A DNA stretch of 64,000 nucleotides from an uncultured bacterium (GTDB lineage Bacteria > Bacillota_I > Bacilli_A > RF39 > UBA660): contig CAUERX010000003.1 of NCBI GenBank assembly GCA_959020415.1, positions 5,783-69,782 on the forward strand. Direction: 5' to 3'. Under the pieces are notes generated by a model. It worked only from the letters and a program-made list of their open reading frames with translations. It was not told the origin of the DNA and did no database searches. Below are positions 29,932 through 38,302 of this stretch, in pieces. Position numbers and translations under genes: made by a program. Position 1 is the first letter of the stretch, and every line of letters starts with the position of its first letter.

Positions 29932-30474
29932 ATGGGAGAAAGAAGTGAATATATGAATTCAGGAGAACTTAAAAGTATTATTGAAAGTGCTAGAGAAGCT
30001 AAAGGTATATCACAAAGAGAACTTGCAAAGTTATCAGGAATCAGTAGAAGTACTTTAAATGATATTATTAATGGCAAAATAAAAAAAATAGATGTAGATG
30101 CATTAAAAAAGATAGCTGAAACATTAGACTTATCTTTGAAAAAATTATTAAAAGTAGCAGGATATGATGAATTTCTAGATTATTTATCATTAGATAGATA
30201 TAAAAATAAATCCACAAGGGATTTAAAAGATATGATAGAAAGATATAAAAAGTCCCAATTAGATTTATTAGATTGGGATGCTAAAAAAAGAGCAGTAGTA
30301 AATGATGCAAGAGGAAAATTATTTTATACTATGGAACATTTAAAATTAATGCAAGAAAATAAGGATAGTTTATATACGATTGATAAAGCTATAGAAGATA
30401 TAAAATATGCTTTTGATGAATTGGTAAAAGCTCAAAATAAATATGATTACAGCAAATTGCCAAAGGATTTTTAG
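29932..30474 (+). CDS. XRE-family HTH regulator with ~110-aa helical C-terminal domain
   Basis: ISQRELAKLSGISRSTLNDIINGK is a classic Cro/CI HTH. First gene of the plus-strand cargo block. Confidence 0.8.
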   Translation: MGERSEYMNSGELKSIIESAREAKGISQRELAKLSGISRSTLNDIINGKIKKIDVDALKKIAETLDLSLKKLLKVAGYDEFLDYLSLDRYKNKSTRDLKDMIERYKKSQLDLLDWDAKKRAVVNDARGKLFYTMEHLKLMQENKDSLYTIDKAIEDIKYAFDELVKAQNKYDYSKLPKDF

Positions 30475-30498
30475 ACAAAGTAGACATCAGTACACTAT

Positions 30499-31653
30499 AT
30501 GGAGGTAGAAATTATGAGTAGATTAAAACCGTTTATAAAATGGGCAGGTGGTAAAGAAAAAGAATTACCTATAATAATTGATAATTTGCCAACTAATTTT
30601 GATAGGTATGTAGAACCGTTTGTAGGTGGTGGATCAGTTTATTTATCAATGAATTGTAAATCATCAGTCATAAATGATAAATCAGATGAATTAATGTTAC
30701 TTTATAGTATGATTAAAGATAATAATAAAGAGTTTCATAGAAGTTTAAAAGAAATAAATAAAAATTGGATTGAGATAGAAAAAATAGTAAAGAATAGTTC
30801 AGAGGAATTACTAGATTTATATAATATGTTCAAAAAAAATGAGTATGAACTAGATGATTTAGTAGATAAATATATGAAAAATCATGCTAAAGAACTAAAT
30901 AAATTACTAAAAGAAGATTTAGATATTAATTTATATAATCTAATTATTGAAATAAAGAAAAATTTGTTATCTAAAATAAATAGAATGTACAAAATTGAAA
31001 AACAACGTGGTGAAATGTGTTTGACTGATGTTATGGACAATCTTGAAACAGCATTTAAAAGTGCTTATTATATGTATTTTAGATATTTATATAATAATAG
31101 AAAAAAACTTAAATTAAGCGATGAATTTTATTGTGCAGTATTCTATTTTATAAGAGATTATTGTTATTCGGCAATGTTTAGATATAATGCAAATGGTGAA
31201 TTTAATGTACCGTATGGAGGTATTAGCTATAATAGAAAAGACTTTAAGAAAAAAATAGATTATATTGAATCTGAAGAATTAATTAATAAATTATCTGAAA
31301 CTAAATTATATTGTTTAGATTTTGAGAAATTTTGTAATGAAGTAAAATTAACTGAAAAAGATTTTATGTTTTTAGATCCACCATATGATACTGAATTTTC
31401 TACTTATGCAAAAAATGATTTTGATAAAGATGATCAAATAAGGTTGGCAAACTATCTTAAAAATACAAAGGCTAAATTTATGCTAATTATTAAAAATACA
31501 GATTTTATTTATGATTTATATAAGAATAAAGGCTTTAACATAATTGTTTTTGATAAAAAATATTTAGTTAGTTTTATGAATAGAAATAATAAAAAAACTG
31601 AACATTTACTTATAACTAATTATGAATCGGAGGTAAAAAATGGAACAAACTAA
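30499..31653 (+). CDS. Dam-type (D12 class, alpha) N6-adenine DNA methyltransferase with enlarged middle region
   Basis: KWAGGKEKELP, EPFVGGGSVYL (FxGxG SAM motif) and FLDPPYDTEF (DPPY motif IV). At 384 aa it is about 100 aa longer than canonical Dam, with the extra sequence between motif I and DPPY. Confidence 0.85.
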   Translation: MEVEIMSRLKPFIKWAGGKEKELPIIIDNLPTNFDRYVEPFVGGGSVYLSMNCKSSVINDKSDELMLLYSMIKDNNKEFHRSLKEINKNWIEIEKIVKNSSEELLDLYNMFKKNEYELDDLVDKYMKNHAKELNKLLKEDLDINLYNLIIEIKKNLLSKINRMYKIEKQRGEMCLTDVMDNLETAFKSAYYMYFRYLYNNRKKLKLSDEFYCAVFYFIRDYCYSAMFRYNANGEFNVPYGGISYNRKDFKKKIDYIESEELINKLSETKLYCLDFEKFCNEVKLTEKDFMFLDPPYDTEFSTYAKNDFDKDDQIRLANYLKNTKAKFMLIIKNTDFIYDLYKNKGFNIIVFDKKYLVSFMNRNNKKTEHLLITNYESEVKNGTN

Positions 31654-32452
31654 AGAAAATAAAATAAGAGAAAAAGTGAGAAACGCAATAAGAGAATTTT
31701 CTGAAAAATTTGAAGAAAGATATATGAGAGAATTAAACGATTCTACAGGTGTTATTAATGCAAAAAAGAATAATGCCTTCGTTTCTGAATTAGGAAATGA
31801 ATTTATGTTTTATTCAGCTTTTTGTCGATCTTTTGATTCTAGTTTTGGGAAAGTACTAGAAAAATTATCAAACGATATTGCAGGTATTTCATATGAAGTA
31901 GTTTTAGAAAATATATCGTCTTATTTGTTACCAGAACAAATTCAACGTAAATCAAATATTATGAATGAATATGACAAGCACGTTAAACCAAGGGTTGAAG
32001 ATTATACATCATTACATGCATATAAGCCAACAAATGTAGATAGTTATAAAAAGAAACATGTTACAGACAATCATTTTTATAAAAAAGATACTAAAGAACA
32101 TTTTATAATTGAATTAAAAGCTGGTGGAGATTTAGATATTAAAAAAGCTAAAAGTGAAAAAGAAGCTTTAATAGATCAATATTATATTTTATCAAACGCA
32201 TTGGATGATCCGGAAGAAAGTGTAAAAATATATTTGGCAACTGCCTATAATATGTATGGAGAAGGAAATGAATGGAGACAAGAAAGAGTAAAACAGTTTT
32301 TTAGTGATGATGAATTGCTAATTGGAAAAGAATATTGGGATTTTGTGTGCGATGATGAAAATGGCTACAATATAATTATTGATGAATATAAAAAAAGTGC
32401 TAGATATATATTAGAAGCTTTAGATAGAATTAAAACAGCATATTTCAATTAA
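31640..32452 (+). CDS. PD-(D/E)xK nuclease-like protein, probable restriction endonuclease partner
   Basis: HVTDNHF...HFIIELKAGGDLDIKKAKSEKEAL gives a D...E-L-K motif. Overlaps the methylase stop by 14 nt and has a GGAGG RBS. Possibly TdeIII-like, from memory only and unverified. Confidence 0.55.
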   Translation: MEQTKENKIREKVRNAIREFSEKFEERYMRELNDSTGVINAKKNNAFVSELGNEFMFYSAFCRSFDSSFGKVLEKLSNDIAGISYEVVLENISSYLLPEQIQRKSNIMNEYDKHVKPRVEDYTSLHAYKPTNVDSYKKKHVTDNHFYKKDTKEHFIIELKAGGDLDIKKAKSEKEALIDQYYILSNALDDPEESVKIYLATAYNMYGEGNEWRQERVKQFFSDDELLIGKEYWDFVCDDENGYNIIIDEYKKSARYILEALDRIKTAYFN

Positions 32453-32479
32453 ATTTTATATCAAGAAAGAAGTGGTAAA

Positions 32480-34615
32480 ATGAAAATTGATTTTCATTGT
32501 CATACAATAAAAAGTAAAAGTGAAGAATCTGAAGAACGAAATGTAAGTGTCAATTTATTTAAAGAAAAAGTATTATTGAGTGGAGTTAAAATAATTGCAA
32601 TAACAAACCACAACATATTTGATAAAGATCAATATTACGAATTTAAAGCCGCTGTTAAAGATAATTGTCAAATATGGCCAGGAATAGAATTAGATGTTAT
32701 TGGACAAAGTGGTGCAAATGGACACTTAATATTAATAGCTAATCCTGATGATGTAGAGGAATTTTCTAAAAAGATAAATAAAATATTAAATGGTAGTACA
32801 CCAGATAATTTTAAAATAAATTTAGATGATTTATATAATGAGATTAAAATGCTTAATTTAGTTTATGTTGCACATTGTTTTAAATCGAAGGCTCTCCCAT
32901 TAAATGATATAGAAGAATTTTCAAAAATGTTAGAAAATCCTAAAAGATTATTTAAAGAACCAAGCTCTCTTACTTCTGTAACTGTTCTTCAATCAAATAA
33001 GCATAGAGTCGTTATCGGTACTGATGTTATTCATTGGGGTAATTATGAAAATTATAATTTTGGAGAGTTTAAATTTGAGTTAAAAGATTTTACTTCATTT
33101 ACTAAAATAATTGAAAAAGACAAATCATTTTTAAGAGATATAGTGGATGAAGAATTTAGTGAAAATGTAAAAGTATATGGTAAATTAGCTACTAAAGAGC
33201 ACCCATTTATTATACCTATATATAATGATTGTAATATAATTTTTGGTGATAAAGGAAGTGGGAAAACTGAAATATTAGAGTCGTTGGCTGAATATTATAA
33301 ACTAGAAAAAAATGAAGAACCGGTTTTTTATAAAGGTGGAGACAAAGAAGAGTGGTATAAAGGTTTAATAAAAATAAATAGCGAAGATTATGATCTTAAA
33401 AATTTTAAAGAAGTTGACGATAAAAAAGAAGAGTTAAAATATATTTCAAATTTTATAGATATTACTCCCGTATCTGTAAAAAAATATAAAGACTATTTTC
33501 AAAAAAAAGCAAAGAAAGCTAGCAAAGATAAAATGAAGTGTTTATCAATTAATAAAAGACATCTTTATAATGAAAATAAATACGTTGAAATATATAATGA
33601 TTATAAAAAAATCACTTCTTTTTTACGAGATTATAATAATATTGATACTAGCGATGTATTGGAAAATCAAGAAAATGAATTATTAACTTCATTGTTAAAA
33701 AAATTAAAAACTGGTTTATTTGAAAAATCTAGAACTGAATGGATTAATCAAAAATCAGAGTATTTATTTGATGATTTTGTTACAAATATGTCCATATATG
33801 TCTCAGAAAATGTTGGAGAACCGACAGCTCCTACTGAAACAGGGTTTGCTGCATATGCAAAGAATAGGCTAAAGATTAGAAGTTTTTCTTCAAGTATATT
33901 AGCTGAACTTGAAAAGTCAAATGAAGACGAAGGGATATATATTGGTAATTTAGGTGCCAAAGGAGACGTTTATTTATCTTCGAATTATTTTTTTATAAAT
34001 TGTAAAAATAAGAATGGTATCGATTACAAAATATTAAAAAATAATAAAGGAGATTTAAGTAACTTTGTGACGTTGTTAGAAAAATTAAAAAAAGATTTTA
34101 CTTTGGATATATCACGAACAGTAAACGATTTGAAAGTGCTTTATGATAAAGGAATAAATTCTATGACTGAATTTATTGCAGTTAAAAAAGATTTTAAATT
34201 AAATAAAATTAGTTATAAACCTTCAAAAGGAGAAAATTCTATACTTGCTTTGCAACATGAATTATTATCTAAAAAAGAAAAAAATGTTTTTCTTATAGAC
34301 GAACCAGATTTGAGCTTAGGCAGTACTTATATAAACGAGGTTATTGTTCCTTTATTTAAGGATTTAACAAAATCGCAAAAGATTTTAGTAGTTGCAACCC
34401 ATGATGCTAATATTGCAGTCAGAACTCGCCCTTTAAACAGTATTTTAAAGTTAACAGAAAATAATGTATATAAAACGTTTATTGGCAATATGTTTACTGA
34501 TGTATTAACTGATATTGATGATGAAAACAATCAACTAAGTTGGAAAGAACAAAGCATAAAGTATCTAGAGGGTGGAGAGCCAGCTTTTGAGGAAAGAGGA
34601 GAATTATATGAATAA
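32480..34615 (+). CDS. PHP phosphoesterase domain fused to Rad50/SbcC/OLD-like ABC ATPase (711 aa)
   Basis: PHP motifs: HCHT (aa 6-9), AITNHN, GIELD, GHLIL. Walker A GDKGSGKT (nt 33245-68). About 320 aa of K/E/N-rich insert. Signature-like PSKGENS. Walker B VFLIDEPD (nt 34286-). ATHD His-loop. Confidence 0.8.
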   Translation: MKIDFHCHTIKSKSEESEERNVSVNLFKEKVLLSGVKIIAITNHNIFDKDQYYEFKAAVKDNCQIWPGIELDVIGQSGANGHLILIANPDDVEEFSKKINKILNGSTPDNFKINLDDLYNEIKMLNLVYVAHCFKSKALPLNDIEEFSKMLENPKRLFKEPSSLTSVTVLQSNKHRVVIGTDVIHWGNYENYNFGEFKFELKDFTSFTKIIEKDKSFLRDIVDEEFSENVKVYGKLATKEHPFIIPIYNDCNIIFGDKGSGKTEILESLAEYYKLEKNEEPVFYKGGDKEEWYKGLIKINSEDYDLKNFKEVDDKKEELKYISNFIDITPVSVKKYKDYFQKKAKKASKDKMKCLSINKRHLYNENKYVEIYNDYKKITSFLRDYNNIDTSDVLENQENELLTSLLKKLKTGLFEKSRTEWINQKSEYLFDDFVTNMSIYVSENVGEPTAPTETGFAAYAKNRLKIRSFSSSILAELEKSNEDEGIYIGNLGAKGDVYLSSNYFFINCKNKNGIDYKILKNNKGDLSNFVTLLEKLKKDFTLDISRTVNDLKVLYDKGINSMTEFIAVKKDFKLNKISYKPSKGENSILALQHELLSKKEKNVFLIDEPDLSLGSTYINEVIVPLFKDLTKSQKILVVATHDANIAVRTRPLNSILKLTENNVYKTFIGNMFTDVLTDIDDENNQLSWKEQSIKYLEGGEPAFEERGELYE

Positions 34616-34898
34616 AAATATAATAGACGTTGAATTGATAACTGAAGAGGAAAAACAGTTATTAGTATTTAATTTTGATGAAAAAATATTTTTGGATTTA
34701 GCAAGTGATAATGCAGAAGAACTTAAAGATTTTTTTCAACAGTTATTAATAAAAATATTAGAAAAAAATATAGAATTAAATTTTGTTGAAAAAGATAGAA
34801 ATGATTTATTTTATGATGTTGCTAAAAAATATGTTGACCATTTGAAAGTTGAAATAGCATCTATTGTTAATCAACAGCTTAATAAAATTGATGATTAA
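34608..34898 (+). CDS. Small acidic protein (96 aa), translationally coupled to the PHP-ATPase
   Basis: ATG 34608 sits 6 nt after an AGGAG RBS and overlaps the upstream stop (ATGAATAA). D/E-rich with no recognised family. The track start at 34572 is unlikely. Confidence 0.6.
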   Translation: MNKNIIDVELITEEEKQLLVFNFDEKIFLDLASDNAEELKDFFQQLLIKILEKNIELNFVEKDRNDLFYDVAKKYVDHLKVEIASIVNQQLNKIDD

Positions 34899-35110
34899 GA
34901 AAATAAAATTTTGTTATATATGTTTTTAATGTCATTTTGTCATCATAATAAATAAAAAAACTGATGAATAATTTCTACCCATCAGCTACCCATCAAATTA
35001 TGCTGAATTTATCAATTTTTAGTTAAATTTTATTAAACTTAAAATGAATTGTATGCCGATATTACGGGGATTTTTAATAATCCTCTTTTTTTATTAAATT
35101 GCCCCCTGAA

Positions 35111-35137
35111 GGCGCCATATATTGGGCGCCGCTTTTT
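35111..35137 (+). terminator. Rho-independent terminator at the right IME junction (putative original terminator of the sRNA)
   Basis: GGCGCC-atatattg-GGCGCC-GC-TTTTT directly follows the CCCCCTGAAGGC core. Confidence 0.6.
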
Positions 35138-35554
35138 GTTTGAAATAAAAAATTTGTGACCTTTTTAATTTTTAGGTATAGTTATTACTGAAACTTATAG
35201 ATGAATTATAAGATACATACAATGCAATGAATTAGTAAGGAGTAATTATTTTAATAATTACTTCAGAGTGTTGGCAATTTTCAATACTCTTTTTTTTGTA
35301 AAAAAAATTGTAATATAATGTTTTAGCGAATAGGAATTTTCAACAACATAATTGTGTCACTTTTCCATATAAAAAGTAAGGATTGTAAGCTTTGTAGTTG
35401 GTTAAAATAAAGCATCATTACTATTGATTATCTTATAAATTTAAAAGACTATTGATATAATTTACTTTGTTAACAACAGTGAACTTACTATGTAAGTTTT
35501 TTGTAGTAAATATTTTTTATATCTGATATAATCAAATTAAAGAGGAGTTAAATT

Positions 35555-35809
35555 ATGAATAATGATTTTAAAGTTTTAATTCAAAATTTGAATAAATTAC
35601 ATACCACAGAAATGGGTATCGATCGAATAAAGAAAAATCTTGATTTAGGCACTAATGATGTTGTTGCTTGGTGTCGAAAAAAGATTAGAGATTCAAAAAG
35701 TTATATTTTTAGAAAAGGTAAGAATTGGTATGTTGATATAGAAAATTGTGAGATCACAGTTAATGCTTACAGCTATACAATAATAACTGCCCATAAATTA
35801 AAAAAGTAA
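35555..35809 (+). CDS. DUF3781-like small protein
   Basis: LHTTEMGIDRIKKNL and the overall 84-aa layout resemble DUF3781 (from memory). GAGGAG RBS. Confidence 0.55.
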   Translation: MNNDFKVLIQNLNKLHTTEMGIDRIKKNLDLGTNDVVAWCRKKIRDSKSYIFRKGKNWYVDIENCEITVNAYSYTIITAHKLKK

Positions 35810-35818
35810 GGTGATAAA

Positions 35819-36432
35819 ATGAGACCTCAGTTCAAAGATATAGAATCTTATGACGAATTTAAGAAGTATTGTTGGTATTTAGAAGAATTAAAGCAAATTT
35901 GTAAAGAATTAAAAATTGATTATTCTGGCGGTAAGATAGTACTCAATTATAATATTGAAGAATATTTCAAAGGTAACTTAATAAAAAAGCAACAACGAAT
36001 TAGAAAAAATAAAAATGTGGTTGATGCCCTTACGTTAGATACTAAATTAGTAGAATGTGGTTTTGCTTTTAATCAAAGATTTAGAGATTTTTTTATTGAG
36101 CAAACTGGAGTTAATAATTTTAAATTTAATGTTGATATGGCAGCAACTGTTAAAAAAGTAAAACTAGATAATGATGATACATTTACTTTAGGAGATATAC
36201 TAGATATTTATTATGGTAAAAAGGAATATGCGAAATATGATAATTCATCATATTAGTGGAATAAGTTTTTAAAAGATTTTTGTACTGATGAAAAAAACGG
36301 ATGTTTTTAATAACAAATTAAAAGATACCTCAAAGTTATGGAGTATAGCTTGCGATTCGATGGTGATAAAGTTTACAGCAGACAGTTATTAGATGAAAAC
36401 TGGGATATATTTAATAAATATTTTAATTGTTA
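35819..36432 (+). pseudogene. SAP-domain-like protein gene interrupted by in-frame stops
   Basis: The ORF ends at TAG 36254-56. The same frame then continues WNKFLKDFCTDEKNGCF, TAA TAA, then QIKRYLKVMEYSLRFDGDKVYSRQLLDENWDIFNKYFNC-stop at 36430-32. Confidence 0.5.
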
Positions 36433-36514
36433 AAAACCTTTGCGCTTTTTCCAAATGATTTTGGTAGATTATTAATAGACTTGATTTTATAATTATTAGT
36501 GAAAGGAGCAAAAT

Positions 36515-36865
36515 ATGAATATTGGAGAAAAAATTTTTAAATTAAGAAAAGAATTAAAACTTTCACAAGAACAAGTAGCAGAAAAGGTAGGGGTTACAAG
36601 ACAGACAATTTCAAACTGGGAGCTTAATGAAACTGTGCCAGATACTAATCAGCTTATTGCTTTGTCTAAAACTTTAAATATTAGTATTGATGAATTAGTT
36701 AATAACGATATAAATAATATTATGGTTAAAAAGGTTAGTAATACAGAAAGATTAGCCGGAATGGTTATTAAAATACTTAAAGTAATTGGAACTTTGATAA
36801 TTATGTATGGAGTGTTTATATTGTTTATGGGATTAGTAATTATAATATATGCAGCATGCAAATAA
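36515..36865 (+). CDS. XRE-family HTH protein with C-terminal membrane anchor
   Basis: LSQEQVAEKVGVTRQTISNWE HTH plus a C-terminal hydrophobic helix. Confidence 0.8.
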   Translation: MNIGEKIFKLRKELKLSQEQVAEKVGVTRQTISNWELNETVPDTNQLIALSKTLNISIDELVNNDINNIMVKKVSNTERLAGMVIKILKVIGTLIIMYGVFILFMGLVIIIYAACK

Positions 36866-36953
36866 TAAAAGGACAAATAAAATTTGTTCTTTTTTGTAGT
36901 TTAAATACTTGTCTTAGAGTTTGCTTTGAATGTTAAAATTATAATAAAAGGAG

Positions 36954-37445
36954 ATGGGATTTATGGTTAAAAGAATTATAGCTTTAGTGATGATAATTAT
37001 TTTAATTGGTACAATAATTTATTTTTTTGGAACTGGCAAGCAAGATAAGTCTCAAGTGTCAAACATTGATGAAAAAAAGATAAGTAGGGAAAATTTTAAT
37101 ATAGAAATCAAAATAAATGGTAGAAATTTTGTGGTTGATTTGGAAGATAATGAAACGGCTTGGTCTTTTTTTAATATTTTACCGATAACGATAAAAATGA
37201 AGGAACTCAATTCTAACGAAAAGTATTATGATTTGCCAAATAAACTTCCGACATCAGAAGAACACTATTCTAATATAGAGGTAGGTGATTTAATGTTATA
37301 TGGAGATAAGACAATAGTTTTGTTTTATGAAAACTTTAATACTTCTTACAATTACACGAGGATAGGGAAAGTTCAAAACATAAAGGAATTTAAAGAATAT
37401 TTAGGTAAAGGTGATATTAAAGTTACTTTTCAAAAAAATAATTAA
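36954..37445 (+). CDS. Membrane-anchored cyclophilin-like fold protein
   Basis: N-terminal TM helix. The pattern ING..F.V.LEDNETA...LP......ELN.NEKYY.L......VGDLMLYGD..IVLFY is typical of the cyclophilin-like family (from memory). Confidence 0.6.
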   Translation: MGFMVKRIIALVMIIILIGTIIYFFGTGKQDKSQVSNIDEKKISRENFNIEIKINGRNFVVDLEDNETAWSFFNILPITIKMKELNSNEKYYDLPNKLPTSEEHYSNIEVGDLMLYGDKTIVLFYENFNTSYNYTRIGKVQNIKEFKEYLGKGDIKVTFQKNN

Positions 37446-37451
37446 AAATGC

Positions 37452-37482
37452 TTGACTTGGAGTTAACTTCAAGGTATATGAT
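37452..37482 (+). promoter_or_regulatory. MerR-type promoter with 19-bp spacer and operator dyad
   Basis: TTGACT (37452-57), a 19-nt spacer, then TATGAT (37477-82). The spacer contains the dyad CTTGGAGTT/AACTTCAAG (37456-73, one mismatch). The MerR gene starts at 37501. Confidence 0.6.
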
Positions 37483-37500
37483 AATAATGGAGGTATACAA

Positions 37501-37878
37501 ATGAGAATTAAAGAAGTAGCAAAAATGTTTGGGATGACTGAGGATACGCTTAGATATTATGAAAAATCTGGACTAATTGGACCTATTAAGAAAATGCCGA
37601 ACGGAATGCGTGATTATACTGAAGATGATTTAGCGAGAATTGAATTTGTTAAATGTATGCGTGGGGCGACTTTACCGATTGAGGTTTTAAGAAAGTATAT
37701 GGAACTTTATGATCAAGGTGATTCAACTTTTGATAAGCGAAAAGAGCTTTTGATTAAGCAGCGAGATATATTGAAAGATAAGATTACAGATATGAATAAG
37801 GCTTATGAAAAATTAAACATGAAAATAGAAATGTATAATAATAAGAGCTTGGAAACAAAATTAGTGAAAAAGGATTGA
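37501..37878 (+). CDS. MerR-family transcriptional regulator
   Basis: MRIKEVAKMFGMTEDTLRYYEKSGLI HTH plus a C-terminal coiled-coil. Confidence 0.88.
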   Translation: MRIKEVAKMFGMTEDTLRYYEKSGLIGPIKKMPNGMRDYTEDDLARIEFVKCMRGATLPIEVLRKYMELYDQGDSTFDKRKELLIKQRDILKDKITDMNKAYEKLNMKIEMYNNKSLETKLVKKD

Positions 37879-37890
37879 AAAGGGGTAATT

Positions 37891-38294
37891 ATGAACGAAG
37901 GAATTGAAATCTTTCCAAGAGGAGATAAAAATCCTTTTGGTCAATATTTTAGTGGTCAAAGTTATTTAAGTATGCTTTCAACAGAAGGAGTAGTTATTGG
38001 AAATGTAACTTTTGAACCAGGTTGTATTAATAATTGGCATATTCATCATGCAAATAAAGGTGGCGGACAGATTTTATTAGTAACATCTGGCCGTGGTTAT
38101 TATCAAGAATGGGGAAAAGAGCCAATTGAATTACATTCTGGCGATGTAGTAAAATTCCAGCTAATGTCAAGCATTGGCACGGCGCTGCTAAGGATAATGT
38201 GTTTGTTCATTTTGCGATTGAGGTTCCGGGTGAAGAAGCAACTAATGAATGGTGTGAACCAGTTAGTAATGATGATTACTGTAATCTTAAATAG
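37891..38294 (+). pseudogene. Cupin-domain protein gene with a 1-nt frameshift in an A-run
   Basis: The frame is good to GDVVK (38143-54). The conserved continuation IPANVKHWHGAAKDNVFVHFAIEVPGEEATNEWCEPVSNDDYCNLK-stop (38292-94) is read starting from 38154, which is also the last base of the AAA Lys codon. A4 at 38151-54 should therefore be A5. Confidence 0.7.
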
Positions 38295-38302
38295 GAGGCG
38301 TT

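Larger units (their letters stand above)
24359..35113. mobile_element. Integrative mobilizable element (~10.7 kb): integrase + MobV relaxase + RepA-like ATPase + cargo operon
   Basis: CCCCCTGAAGGC occurs at 24359-24370 and 35102-35113. CTACCCATCA occurs twice in each arm (24430-39, 24442-51; 34975-84, 34986-95). The integrase gene lies 112 bp inside the left repeat. The interior is visibly more AT-rich than the flanks. Confidence 0.7.

Noticed and set aside
31640-32452. Firm assignment of the 270-aa protein to DpnII/MboI (GATC) or TdeIII restriction enzyme families
   Set aside because: The sequence does not resemble R.DpnII as I remember it. The TdeIII idea rests on an unverifiable memory of family annotation. 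Only the D...ELK motif and the operon context are actually visible.
24430-34995. CTACCCATCA pairs as the actual crossover (att core) repeats
   Set aside because: Not fully excluded. However, the two pairs are circularly permuted rather than collinear, and they lie inside the 12-bp CCCCCTGAAGGC repeats. Those outer repeats come with matching but sequence-different terminators. I therefore interpret the 10-mers as arm-type sites, which needs empty-site comparison to confirm.
24359-35113. Island as a prophage or as a conjugative ICE
   Set aside because: There are no capsid, terminase, tail or lysis genes, and no VirB4, coupling-protein or T4SS genes. Only an integrase, a MobV relaxase and a RepA-like ATPase are present. 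It is therefore better described as a mobilizable island (IME).
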